This document shows positions 37,113 through 47,817 of a stretch of 64,000 nucleotides of DNA, piece after piece. Below the pieces are notes generated by a model. It saw only the letters and a list, made by a program, of their open reading frames with translations. It did no database searches and was not told where the DNA came from. The first letter of the stretch is position 1. Each line of letters opens with the position of its first letter. The DNA comes from Promethearchaeota archaeon (lineage in GTDB: Archaea; Asgardarchaeota; Lokiarchaeia; Sigyniarchaeales; SOKP01): NCBI GenBank assembly GCA_019057865.1, contig JAHLWP010000003.1:64001-128000 (forward strand), read 5' to 3'. The position numbers and the translations under genes are program-made.

Positions 37113-37883
37113 ATGAAAATTATATTCCATGAGAGATATTACAATTCAGAATATGCTTGGGATCCTGCTGCTTCTTCTGGACGTTTAGAGGGTATAATGG
37201 ATATTCTATCAAAAAATAAAGAATATGAAATAATAATGCCCAAACCCGCAACCGAGAAAGATATTTTGAGGGCTCATACTAATAGGCATGTCCAAGGTAT
37301 AAAAAAAGATGGATTATTATTTGAACTAGCTTCTCTTGCGGCAGGTGGAGCAATATTAGCGGCAAAAGAAGGATATAATGGGAATCCAACTTTTGCGGTT
37401 ATAAGACCCCCTGGTCACCATGCTTCAGCTGATTCATGCTGGGGTTTTTGTTATTTTAATAATATTAGTATAAGCTTATTAAAGCTCTATTCGGAGGGTA
37501 AAATAAAATCAGCATTTATTTTGGATTTCGACCTTCATACGGGGGACGGGAATATAAATATCTTGACAAACAGAGACGATGATTTCAGAGTTAAAATTCT
37601 TAATCCATATTCTAGTGGTAGAACTGGTTATTTAAAAGAAGTAAAAGCATATACGCAAGATTTGCATGATATTGATATTTTTGTAGCGAGTGCAGGATTC
37701 GATCAAGGAATAGAAGATTGGGGAAATCTTTTATACCCAGAAGATTACTTTGAATTAGGAAGTTTAATGAAGAAATACTCTGAAAAATTATGTGAAGGAA
37801 GACGGTATGCCTTATTAGAAGGTGGATATAATCATAGCGTACTGCCTAAAAATGTAGATTCATTTTGCCAAGGTTTCAAATAA
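37113..37883 (+). CDS. Histone deacetylase family Zn-dependent hydrolase
   Basis: RPPGHHA, GFCYFNN, DFDLHTGDG, SAGFD and LEGGY. Confidence 0.92.
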   Translation: MKIIFHERYYNSEYAWDPAASSGRLEGIMDILSKNKEYEIIMPKPATEKDILRAHTNRHVQGIKKDGLLFELASLAAGGAILAAKEGYNGNPTFAVIRPPGHHASADSCWGFCYFNNISISLLKLYSEGKIKSAFILDFDLHTGDGNINILTNRDDDFRVKILNPYSSGRTGYLKEVKAYTQDLHDIDIFVASAGFDQGIEDWGNLLYPEDYFELGSLMKKYSEKLCEGRRYALLEGGYNHSVLPKNVDSFCQGFK

Positions 37884-37928
37884 ATCATAAGAAGTAAAAT
37901 ATGAAAAGAATTATAAAATTAAAAATAA

Positions 37929-39053
37929 TTAGCCTTTGAAATAATTCAAGACTTTTTTCATACAACTAAATGAGCTTTTAATTTTCGACATATCAGCTAA
38001 ATACGTTGTATTATAAAATACGATATGTTTTAAGCCTACTTTAGCATATTCTTCAATTTTGCTTATTATTTCATCAGGAGTTCCATGCATTATATTATCA
38101 TCACACATTTTTTTTGGTATTTTATTAATTGCTTCTAAAACAGTTTCTCGATCGTATCGTGTTGGGATATAATCGAGCAATCCATAAAAATCTTCCCCAA
38201 AAGGATGTGTAATACCATATTCTTTAAAAACCGCGTTTGGGAAGGTTAATAAATTATTTTTTATAACAGGAGTCTCTATTAAATCATCACATAAATTATG
38301 ATCTTCATCAATAACTAAATAATTCCAAAGACCAGGAGTTATATCATCTGGGTTTCTCCCCGCTTTTTTTGCAGAATTTCGAATATGGTCCAATCTAAGC
38401 TTATAAGAAGGAGGATCAGAATATGCAGGTAACCATCCATCTCCTAATCTCCCCGTTATGTCAAGCATTTTTGGTCCATGAGCTGCAATCCATATAGGAG
38501 GGTATATTCCTTCCTTGTAAGGTTTTATTGTGAGAACAGCATCCTTTATTTTCCAAAACGCTCCATCATAACTCACTTTTTTATAATTTTCCCACAATAA
38601 CCTTATAATTTTAATAGCTTCTTCTAATCTACTAACGGGCTTATCCCATTTAATACCGTAAGGGATTACATTTTCTCCTTCTCCTGCTCCTATGCCTAAA
38701 ATTACTCTACCTTTAGAGATTCGATCTTGAGTTAATAATGTTTGAGCTAGAACTGCAGGATGTCTTCTAAAAGTTTCGGTAACGCTTGTGCCTAATATTA
38801 TCCTGTTAGTATTCCATGCTGCAACAGCCATTATAGAATATACTTCATGAAAAAAATGGGGATCTTCTTGAAAAGCTGCTGCTTTAATAAGATCTGGAGT
38901 CCAAATTGATTCAGGAGTCCAACCCATTATATGATCAGCCATCCAGATCGAATCATAACCAATTTCTTCAATCCTTTTTATGCCTTCAATTCCCTTATCA
39001 ATCGGTCCAACAAAACTGCCTTCCGTTCCTATTTTTATATCGCTAATGTCCAT
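37929..39053 (-). CDS. LLM-class flavin/F420-dependent oxidoreductase
   Basis: DSIWMADH, RHPAVLAQ, GRVILGIGAGE, PPIWIAA.GP and DGWLP. Confidence 0.9.
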   Translation of the reverse strand: MDISDIKIGTEGSFVGPIDKGIEGIKRIEEIGYDSIWMADHIMGWTPESIWTPDLIKAAAFQEDPHFFHEVYSIMAVAAWNTNRIILGTSVTETFRRHPAVLAQTLLTQDRISKGRVILGIGAGEGENVIPYGIKWDKPVSRLEEAIKIIRLLWENYKKVSYDGAFWKIKDAVLTIKPYKEGIYPPIWIAAHGPKMLDITGRLGDGWLPAYSDPPSYKLRLDHIRNSAKKAGRNPDDITPGLWNYLVIDEDHNLCDDLIETPVIKNNLLTFPNAVFKEYGITHPFGEDFYGLLDYIPTRYDRETVLEAINKIPKKMCDDNIMHGTPDEIISKIEEYAKVGLKHIVFYNTTYLADMSKIKSSFSCMKKVLNYFKG

Positions 39054-39213
39054 ATAATCACAATTTATAACAATAGTTATCTCATTTAAAATCTATTTAT
39101 AACAATAATTAAATTAGGTCTAAAATTTTAATATAACTTTTGGTTTTCTTAAATATACAATTAAGGCAAACAGTTTAATTGAAGTTTATAAAATATTGTA
39201 AATTTAATAAATT

Positions 39214-40251
39214 ATGAGATTTAGTTTTCATATTCCTGTGCCAACTCCTCGTCTTGAATATATGTTCGAAGGAACAAAAAGGGCTGAGGAATGTGGTTTT
39301 TTTGGAATTTTTTATGCAGATCACACAGCAATGTTGCCTCCAGGACCAGGAACTTGTTATGATGCATATTGCTTTTTATCATCTTTAGCAATGATAACAA
39401 AAAAACTTAAATTATGTACTGGTGTTTCTGATTGTCATCGCTTTCACCCAGCATTAATGGCACATAAAGTAGCTACTTTAGATCAAATTTCTAATGGAAG
39501 AGGTATGATAGGGCTCGGAGCAGGTGAAGCAATGAATATTGATATGTATGGATTAAATAGAAAGAGATCTGTTTCAAAATTACGGGAATATATTATCTTA
39601 ATGAGAAAATTTTGGACTAAAAAAAGAATTAACAAAAAAAGTGAATTCTGGGGGGAAATAAAAAATGCTTATATTCAAATAAAACCAGTTCAGAAGAATC
39701 CACCGATTTATGTTGCTGCTAATGGTCCAAAAACTCGTCAATTAACTGGAGAATTAGCAGATGGATGGTATCCGCTTTACCAACCACCATGGCTCTATAA
39801 GAAAAATTACAGAGAAGTCTTTAATGCAGCAAAAAAGGCTGGTCGGGATCCCTCTGAAATTGATTATGTATATGATTGTTTTGTAGCAATAGATGACAAT
39901 GATCCTGATAATGCAATAAAAAGATGTGAATTCTTTAAAACTTCTTATTTGTTAAATTCTTGGATTACAAATGAAGCATATCCAAATTTAAATCTACCTG
40001 AAAATTTTAATGTTCATGATTATGATATGAGTAGTAATATCACATCAGATTATCTAAATAACTTAAATCGATTACCTGAAACTATTATCCAGGATTTTAA
40101 CTGTTTAGGTACAACAGACGATGTTATTTCAAATATAGAAAAATATAAAGAAGCTGGAGCCACACACATTAGTATAATGAATAGAGGACCTGACCCTAAC
40201 AAAGTTTACGAAATTTTTCGAGATAAAATTATCCCCTATTTTAAAGAATAA
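39214..40251 (+). CDS. LLM-class flavin/F420-dependent oxidoreductase
   Basis: ADH, HPALMA..ATLDQISNGR..GLGAGE, PPIYVAANGP and ADGW. Confidence 0.9.
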   Translation: MRFSFHIPVPTPRLEYMFEGTKRAEECGFFGIFYADHTAMLPPGPGTCYDAYCFLSSLAMITKKLKLCTGVSDCHRFHPALMAHKVATLDQISNGRGMIGLGAGEAMNIDMYGLNRKRSVSKLREYIILMRKFWTKKRINKKSEFWGEIKNAYIQIKPVQKNPPIYVAANGPKTRQLTGELADGWYPLYQPPWLYKKNYREVFNAAKKAGRDPSEIDYVYDCFVAIDDNDPDNAIKRCEFFKTSYLLNSWITNEAYPNLNLPENFNVHDYDMSSNITSDYLNNLNRLPETIIQDFNCLGTTDDVISNIEKYKEAGATHISIMNRGPDPNKVYEIFRDKIIPYFKE

Positions 40252-40268
40252 TAGAAATAATATTATTT

Positions 40269-40811
40269 TTAATTTTTTTTTTCTTTCCATTCTTCATTCA
40301 ATATACCCATAATGATTAGATCATGGTATTCTCCATTAATAAAATGTGCTTTTCTTTTTCGACCTTCTTCTATGAAACCTACTTTTTTATATAATTTTAT
40401 GGCAGGGATATTAAAATCATAAACACTTAACTGGAGCCTATTAAGATTTAGAGTATTAAAACCATAATTAATTAATAATTCCATCGCTTCTGTACCATAA
40501 CCTTTACTTTGTTCTGATTTTTCCCCGATCATTATACCGCATTCTCCCACTCTATTTTTCCAATCGATCTTGTGGATTCCGCAATTTCCTATGAGTTTTT
40601 CTGTTTTATCATTTAATGGAATGAGAATAGAGAAAAGAATGTCATTCTCTCTCTCTTTTAATGATTCAAACCATTCTTCTTCCATTTCTTTAGTCATAGG
40701 TCTAAATACTAGTAAGTATTGAGTTATTTCTGGATCATTTATCCATTTAAGAAAGGTATCTATGTATTCTCTTCTAGGTGGAGCAAGAATAACTTTTTTT
40801 CCTTTCAACAT
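40269..40811 (-). CDS. GNAT N-acetyltransferase (RimJ/RimL-like)
   Basis: W.NDPE, IGNCG, KGYGTEA and N..AIKLYKKVGF.EEG. Confidence 0.9.
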   Translation of the reverse strand: MLKGKKVILAPPRREYIDTFLKWINDPEITQYLLVFRPMTKEMEEEWFESLKERENDILFSILIPLNDKTEKLIGNCGIHKIDWKNRVGECGIMIGEKSEQSKGYGTEAMELLINYGFNTLNLNRLQLSVYDFNIPAIKLYKKVGFIEEGRKRKAHFINGEYHDLIIMGILNEEWKEKKN

Positions 40812-40887
40812 ACAAAATTCTAATACAACTATAGAAAAAAATTTTATGCAATTATTAAAGAATGCAATAAAAAAGAAGAAAAGAAAT

Positions 40888-43788
40888 TTAAAAGGAAATT
40901 TTATATTTGCGTGCTACATATTTTACAATCTCAAAAGTTATAATACATATTAGCGAAATCAAGAAACAAACCATCCAATCAAGAGCAGTTAAATACATAA
41001 ACATAAAATTAATTCCAGCTCTTGCTAATGCAACCTGCGCATTAGGGATGTACATTAACATAAGAAATACAGAAAATAAGAAGCCAATTATCAGGTACAT
41101 TCGCTTATTGCTATCTTCTTTTAAACTTCTAAAAAGTGATTTGTTTGGACGTCTTATCTGAAACACTAAAAATGACTCACAGAAAAATAAAGTCACCATT
41201 AACATGGTTAAAGTCTTGGCCATTGTTCTAATTTCATCTAGTGTATAATCAGAAAGCAATTCATCTGGAATCAATTCATTTGATGAATAAAGAAATAATT
41301 CACCTAACTCCCAATTTTCAGGAAAAACAGGCCAAGTTTCGCTTATTGTTATAAAATATACTATAACCATGCTTGTTACAAGTAAAATTCCAAATATAAA
41401 GAGTAGTATTAACACATTTTTAGATAGAATTTCTTCTGAATCACGTGGTTCTTCTTTCATAACATCTTCCGAGGTACTATCAAAAGCAAGTATTAATCCA
41501 GGAAACATATGAAGAGTAATTGATAAGAAAATCCATTGAAGGTAAAAAGCCTCATCTAAAAAATATGGTAAGTCTAAAATTATTGCTAAAATAAATTGAA
41601 CGATCCCTTCAAAAATATTAATACAAATATAAAAGAATACAAGTGCTCGAATCCTGGCAAAGATACCTCTACCTTGATGGATACCTGTGACAATCGAGTT
41701 AAATGAATCATCTGAAATCACCATATCGGAAGCTTCTTTAGCTACATCCGTTCCTGTTATACCCATAGCTACACCTGCATCTGCCATATTTAGGGCTAGA
41801 GCATCATTTACCCCATCACCCGTCATAGCAACTACTTTTTTTGCATCCTGATATCTTTCAATAATGTCTTCTTTATGTTCTGGTGATACTCTTGCAAATG
41901 CTTTAATCTTATTAAAATCAAAGAAAGTTTTTACATCTTTTATCTGGTTCCCTTCAAGGACGATTTCACTTTCTTCAATTATGATACCGATTTGTGAAGC
42001 TATAGCTCTTGCTGTTGGTGGTGAATCACCTGTAATCATTACAACATCTACTCCTGCTTCATGACAGAGTGTCACTGATTCTTTTACACCTTCCCTAGGA
42101 GGATCTAATATTGTCACAAATCCAATATAGATCATTTCTGATTCACATTGATCCCTGCTTCCTTCTCCTTCTGGAGGTAATTCCTCTAGCTTCTTATAAG
42201 CTAAGCTTAAAATTCGATATCCTTGATTTGCATAAAGATTTGCTATCTCCATTATTTTAGCTTTTATTTCATCAATAAATTTCACTTCATTGTTATTGTA
42301 TAAAATTGTAGAACATAAAGGGATTAATATCTCACTAGCACCTTTAGTAAATGAGTACAATTTGTCTTCTCTTTTGTAAATCTTCGTCATACGCTTTAAA
42401 GCAGAATCAAAGGGAAATTCTGTGACTGATTCAAAATCATCAAGAAGATAATCACCCATACCTTTTTGAAATAAAACCATTAAGGCTCCTTCTGTTGGAG
42501 ATCCCACCACATTCCAATTATAGACGATTTTCTTAGGAGTTTCAATTTCATTTTTTATGAGGGCAGAATTGTTATTTAAAAATCCAGAAATTAAAAGAAG
42601 TTTTAATTGAGGATAATCATCAATATGGCGTATGTAATCAGGATTTTTCGGATCATCCATTAAAATTATATCCCCATCTGGAGAATAACCACTTCCAGTT
42701 ACTCTATATAACGAACCATTTGTCCAAACATGTTGAATCGCCATTTGATTTTTGGTCAATGTACCAGTTTTATCTGAACACACAACACTAACACGACCTA
42801 AGCTGTCAACCGAAGCCAGATTTCTTATTATAACTCCATGTCTTGCCATTGCTAAAACACCCGTAATTAAAACAATAGTAACTAGTAATGGGATGTTCAA
42901 TGGCATCAAGTCAAGAGCAGAGTTCAAACTTTTAACTACTTCAGGATCTTCAGTAAATCTTGTGGCTGCCCATATGATCATCAATGAAATAAACCAGAAC
43001 ATAAATATGATTAGACCTAACCATTTGCCAAAGTGGTTCAATTTTTGACGAATAGGGATTTCTGACGTTCCAGCTTCCTCCAAACCGTGTGAAATTTTAC
43101 CAATTTCAGTATCTCCACCAGTTTTTACAGTAATTGCTGTACCATTTCCCATTGTTATATATGTCCCGAAAAAAACCATGTTTTTACGGTCACTTATAGG
43201 AATATCATTTTTGCCTAATGCATCTCCTTTCCTTAATTTTTTAACTGGTTCTGATTCACCTGTAAGTGATGCCTCATTAACTTCCAGATTAAAAGATTCT
43301 GCAATTCTAGCATCAGCAGGTATTTTATCTCCTTGGTTTAAGACTAGTAAATCTCCTATCACAATTTCTTTTGTAGGAATATCTTGTTTCTGACTGTCTC
43401 TAATAATAGTTGCGGTAGGAGCAGATAATTCTCTTAATGCTTTTAATTTTTTTGTGGCCCTATATTGCTGAATTATAGCAACCATACAATTAAGAAAAAC
43501 AATACCTAAAGTCAAAGCTATAAAAAGTAGGCTTCCTTCTTCTCCAAAAACACTTGCTAAAAATAATATAAGAGCTCCGATTAAGTAAATTACGATTAAC
43601 CAGTTAAATAGAGGTGCTAAGTATATTTTAATAAATCCTTTTGATACTTTTGGTATTTCATTAGGACCATATTTCTCTAGCCGCTTGTTAGCTTCAGTTG
43701 TTGTTAAACCTTTATTAGGATCAGTCTGAATTTTTTGATAAATTTGTTCTAGCGCAAGATTATAAAAATTTTCTTCTACTTTTTCCAT
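40888..43788 (-). CDS. P-type ATPase (type II-like scaffold, atypical ion site)
   Basis: LTGES, CSDKTGT, KGA, DPPR, MITGD and GDGVND. M4 reads PLNIP rather than PEGLP. Confidence 0.92.
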   Translation of the reverse strand: MEKVEENFYNLALEQIYQKIQTDPNKGLTTTEANKRLEKYGPNEIPKVSKGFIKIYLAPLFNWLIVIYLIGALILFLASVFGEEGSLLFIALTLGIVFLNCMVAIIQQYRATKKLKALRELSAPTATIIRDSQKQDIPTKEIVIGDLLVLNQGDKIPADARIAESFNLEVNEASLTGESEPVKKLRKGDALGKNDIPISDRKNMVFFGTYITMGNGTAITVKTGGDTEIGKISHGLEEAGTSEIPIRQKLNHFGKWLGLIIFMFWFISLMIIWAATRFTEDPEVVKSLNSALDLMPLNIPLLVTIVLITGVLAMARHGVIIRNLASVDSLGRVSVVCSDKTGTLTKNQMAIQHVWTNGSLYRVTGSGYSPDGDIILMDDPKNPDYIRHIDDYPQLKLLLISGFLNNNSALIKNEIETPKKIVYNWNVVGSPTEGALMVLFQKGMGDYLLDDFESVTEFPFDSALKRMTKIYKREDKLYSFTKGASEILIPLCSTILYNNNEVKFIDEIKAKIMEIANLYANQGYRILSLAYKKLEELPPEGEGSRDQCESEMIYIGFVTILDPPREGVKESVTLCHEAGVDVVMITGDSPPTARAIASQIGIIIEESEIVLEGNQIKDVKTFFDFNKIKAFARVSPEHKEDIIERYQDAKKVVAMTGDGVNDALALNMADAGVAMGITGTDVAKEASDMVISDDSFNSIVTGIHQGRGIFARIRALVFFYICINIFEGIVQFILAIILDLPYFLDEAFYLQWIFLSITLHMFPGLILAFDSTSEDVMKEEPRDSEEILSKNVLILLFIFGILLVTSMVIVYFITISETWPVFPENWELGELFLYSSNELIPDELLSDYTLDEIRTMAKTLTMLMVTLFFCESFLVFQIRRPNKSLFRSLKEDSNKRMYLIIGFLFSVFLMLMYIPNAQVALARAGINFMFMYLTALDWMVCFLISLICIITFEIVKYVARKYKISF

Positions 43789-43955
43789 ATTAATTCTGCC
43801 ATACGTTTGAATAAGATTAAAAGAAATTTCTCTAAATTTTTCTTTTTAGATCTAATAAATAGACAATAACAATTATGATTTTTAATTTATTCCTTTTTTT
43901 ATAAAAATCAATTGGAGTATTATTTAAGAATTAATCTTGAGATATATGAATCAAA

Positions 43956-44762
43956 TTAATCGCTAGGTTTTTTTTTCCTTATTCTTTTTAAAATTTTTCC
44001 CCAGTCAACATATACTAATAAGAACATTATTATAATAGTAGTTGCCCAAACTAATGAACTTGTTAAAATATCTAAAGGAGTACTAGGGGGTATATTCCCA
44101 GATTGAGCTGCCTCAAGATCAATTCCAAATAAGTTGAATAAAAAATCACCTAATGGAGTATCTGCATACCAAATGGGAAGGGCACTACATAGAGAGCAGA
44201 GTACAAATTTACCGATAAAAGTATATATTAAAGTTTTAACAAGACTATATTCTACAATTCCTAATACGATTAAAAAAGCATCATCAGGTAGGGGGGTTGC
44301 AGCAAATATAAATATTATTAATGGAGCCCACCCTTTCTCAACATATCCTTTCATCCGTTCAATACTTTCAACATCCCCTATCATTTCTTGTGAACCACGC
44401 CCAATTAGCCATGCTGTAGTTTCTCCTATACCAGCTCCTAATCCTCCAATAAGACCCAATAATAAGGGATTTACTCCAGGGATTACGGCGGAAACTACAA
44501 TCAGGGCGATTACATATGGAACTGGAAAAATAATTGTGAAATTACCAAAAATACTTATAGCAAAGACCCCAATATAGATTCCAACATCTCCAAATTCCTC
44601 ATAAAACCACATAATTGTATCTGCGAGCCATTGACCAAAGTTAATATTAGCAAATGCTAAAACTATAAATAATAATATTATTCCACTGATAAAGAGGAGA
44701 CCCCCATATTTTCTAAGAAAAGATTTTTTCTCTTCTTGAATAATTGGAGATTTTTCAGCCAT
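43956..44762 (-). CDS. DedA/VTT (SNARE-associated; VMP1/TMEM41-like) membrane protein
   Basis: GNFTIIFPVPY, GGLGAGIGE...W.IGRG, FAATPLPDD and GK motifs. Confidence 0.85.
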   Translation of the reverse strand: MAEKSPIIQEEKKSFLRKYGGLLFISGIILLFIVLAFANINFGQWLADTIMWFYEEFGDVGIYIGVFAISIFGNFTIIFPVPYVIALIVVSAVIPGVNPLLLGLIGGLGAGIGETTAWLIGRGSQEMIGDVESIERMKGYVEKGWAPLIIFIFAATPLPDDAFLIVLGIVEYSLVKTLIYTFIGKFVLCSLCSALPIWYADTPLGDFLFNLFGIDLEAAQSGNIPPSTPLDILTSSLVWATTIIIMFLLVYVDWGKILKRIRKKKPSD

Positions 44763-44810
44763 AATATTCTCTTTTTAAATATTAATTATCAATTTAATGA
44801 AATAATTGTA

Positions 44811-47681
44811 TTAAAAATTTATATTCTTATTTCTAGCAAAATATTTCACTACTTCTATTCCAACTATTCCTGGAAGGGCAAATAACACACAAACTAACCA
44901 GTCTAAGCCACTTAAGAACATAAAGTTTATTTGAAAATTAAGGCCACTTACATCATTGATATAATAGTTTACTTGATAAGAAAAACAGATATGAAGAATA
45001 CGAAATCCTAAAGTGAATAAACAGACAATTAAAACAGCTATGCTTAATTCTTCTTTTAAAGTTTTAATAATTGATTTGTTCGGTCTCCTAAAAGACCATA
45101 TAAAGTTAATTTCTGCAATATATAAAGTTGTTATAAACATAGTTCTTGCTTTTTGAGCTAACCATTCTTCTGAATCAAGTGCTAAATAACTTAAATTAGA
45201 ATTTAAATTCCATTCATTTAATGGAATCAATCCATTGATCGTTAATTGAAGAACTAAGACTAAACCTATTCCCATTAGAAATGCTTGAATTAGCAACAGT
45301 TTCCACATATTTTTATTTAAAAGTTCTTCTTCATCTCTGGGTGGATCTTGCATAATATCTTTAGGATATGTATCGATAACTAATGCTAAAGATGGTAGTG
45401 CATGCACAATTCCAAAGATATAAATATGTTGCCATTCAGAACTAAAAAGTTCGAAAAATGGAATAAATTCATAGGTAAAGAAAATAAAAGCTTCCATAAT
45501 ATTTAGACAAATAAAGAAATAAATAATTGTCCGGATTTTAGCAAATAAACCACGTCCAATTTGTATACCCTTAACAATTGACGTAAAATTATCATCAGAA
45601 ATTACCATATCGGAGGCTTCTTTAGCTAAATCAGTTCCAGTTATACCCATTGCTATACCAGCTTGAGCTTTCTTCAATGCTGGTGAATCATTGATTCCAT
45701 CTCCTGTCATTGCTACTATTTTATTTTGTTTTTGGTAATTTTCTACGATTATTTCTTTATCAGTTGGTTCCACCCTCGCGAAAACAGATACTTTGTTGAA
45801 ATCTTCTAAACTTAGTTCTTCGATCTCCCAGCCCTTAATTACTATATCCCCTTCTTTATAAATACTCATTTGGGTAGCTATAGTTTTTGCAGTTGCGGGG
45901 TGATCTCCTGTTACCATAGCTACTTTTATCCTTCCTGATTGACATTGTTCAATTGATTCTTTAACTCCAACTCGAGGTGGATCTAATATGGATAAAAAGC
46001 TTAAGAAAATTAAATCTTTCTCAATAAAATCTCTTTCTTGATAATTATTATTTTGCAATTCTTTATATGCTATAGCTAAGGTTCTATAACCTTCAATTGC
46101 ACGTAATTCTATTTCATGTAAAATCTCATTTTTTAAATCATTATTAAAAGCTTGAATCTTACCATTAAATTCAATTTTGGAGCAGAGAGCAATTAATTTT
46201 TCAGGAGCACCTTTCGAAAAAGCATATAATGTGTTATTACTATGATTAGATTTACAAACTGTAGTCATTCTCTTTAAATCAGAGTCAAATGAAAATTCTT
46301 TTAAAACTTCATATTTCTTTTTAATATCATAGGTGTTATATCCTGCTACTTCAGCCAAAACCAATAAAGAAGCTTCTGTAGGAGACCCTAACGCTTTTCG
46401 AACTGCTACTTCTCTCAAGTTCTTAACTCGCACTTTAACATCCTCATATATTAAATTTGCATTATTATTAAGAACAATCGAATCAATAAACTTTTGAAAA
46501 GTTAAATTATCATTTAAATCAGTTTTAATCTCATCTTTTAAAATTTCCCCTTCAGCGTCATATCCTGAGCCTGTAACATCATATTCTATATTATTTAACC
46601 AAAATTTCTTAACTGTCATCTCATTTTTAGTGATAGTACCTGTTTTATCGGAACAAATTACAGATACGCGACCGAGAGATTCAATAGCAGATAAATTTTT
46701 TATGATTACTCCACTCTGAGCTATTTCAAGTACGCCAGTTATTAAAACTAACGTTGACAATAATGGTAAATTAAATGGTACTACATTAATAGATCTTAAT
46801 ATGGAACTTACTAGTGCTTCACCAATGTTATTTTCATTAAGATCTCTTTGTATAGCTAAAAAAGTGAATTTATATATTATCAATATAAATAAAATAAAAA
46901 TAGCAATAGATCCTAAGATATATCCCAATCTATTTAACTTTCTAGTTAGAGGGATATCTTCAATACTTCCCATTTCATTTAATTGAACTGAAATTTTACC
47001 TATTTCTGTATTAACACCAGCTCCTGTTACTAATGCTTTACATCTACCTGTATTAGCATACGTTCCCATAAAAACCATATTAATTTGTTCTTGGACAGGT
47101 AAATCTTTTTTTTGTAAGAAAGAGTTGATTTTTTCAACAGGCTCTGATTCTCCGGAGAGACTAGCTTCATTAACAGTAAAATTCATGAGTTCAACTATTC
47201 TCGCATCAGCAGGAACTTTATCACCTTGCTCTAATAAAATAATATCGCCAGGAACTAGTTCTCTGGTAGGAATTTCGAATTGCTTACCATCTCTTAGAAC
47301 CGTCGCCTTTAAAGCAGCAATTTTTTTTAAAGATTCTAATGCTTTCTGTGCTCTAAATTGCTGTATTACAATTGTTATAGAGTTGATAAAAACAACAATG
47401 AAAATTATTGAAGCAGAACCAGGAGATCCCAGAATAGAAATAAAAATTCCAGAAATTATTAAAATAACAATTAAGAAATTAAAAATTGGAGATAAATATA
47501 TTTTCCATAATGATTTTTTTATTTTTGGAAGTTCATTATATCCAAATTTAAAGTATCTCTCTTTTAATTCTATAGAATTTAAACCATAGTCAAGGTTTGT
47601 ATTAAATTTACTAATTAAATCCTTAATAGATTGATAATAATATTTTTTATCAGAAGAATTAGTAAATTTATCTTGGGACAT
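44811..47681 (-). CDS. P-type ATPase paralog (type II-like scaffold, atypical ion site)
   Basis: LSGES, CSDKTGT, KGAPE, DPPR, MVTGD and GDGIND. M4 reads PFNLP. Confidence 0.92.
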   Translation of the reverse strand: MSQDKFTNSSDKKYYYQSIKDLISKFNTNLDYGLNSIELKERYFKFGYNELPKIKKSLWKIYLSPIFNFLIVILIISGIFISILGSPGSASIIFIVVFINSITIVIQQFRAQKALESLKKIAALKATVLRDGKQFEIPTRELVPGDIILLEQGDKVPADARIVELMNFTVNEASLSGESEPVEKINSFLQKKDLPVQEQINMVFMGTYANTGRCKALVTGAGVNTEIGKISVQLNEMGSIEDIPLTRKLNRLGYILGSIAIFILFILIIYKFTFLAIQRDLNENNIGEALVSSILRSINVVPFNLPLLSTLVLITGVLEIAQSGVIIKNLSAIESLGRVSVICSDKTGTITKNEMTVKKFWLNNIEYDVTGSGYDAEGEILKDEIKTDLNDNLTFQKFIDSIVLNNNANLIYEDVKVRVKNLREVAVRKALGSPTEASLLVLAEVAGYNTYDIKKKYEVLKEFSFDSDLKRMTTVCKSNHSNNTLYAFSKGAPEKLIALCSKIEFNGKIQAFNNDLKNEILHEIELRAIEGYRTLAIAYKELQNNNYQERDFIEKDLIFLSFLSILDPPRVGVKESIEQCQSGRIKVAMVTGDHPATAKTIATQMSIYKEGDIVIKGWEIEELSLEDFNKVSVFARVEPTDKEIIVENYQKQNKIVAMTGDGINDSPALKKAQAGIAMGITGTDLAKEASDMVISDDNFTSIVKGIQIGRGLFAKIRTIIYFFICLNIMEAFIFFTYEFIPFFELFSSEWQHIYIFGIVHALPSLALVIDTYPKDIMQDPPRDEEELLNKNMWKLLLIQAFLMGIGLVLVLQLTINGLIPLNEWNLNSNLSYLALDSEEWLAQKARTMFITTLYIAEINFIWSFRRPNKSIIKTLKEELSIAVLIVCLFTLGFRILHICFSYQVNYYINDVSGLNFQINFMFLSGLDWLVCVLFALPGIVGIEVVKYFARNKNINF

Positions 47682-47817
47682 AAGGAATTTAATCAGATTA
47701 TTTAGGTTAAAATAATAATTATTCTAAGAGTGTATTTTTTTTAATAATTTATTATTTTAGAGTTATTTAATTTCTTAAAAATAAAGAGTTATGAAATTTA
47801 AGGTAATTATTCTAGTG

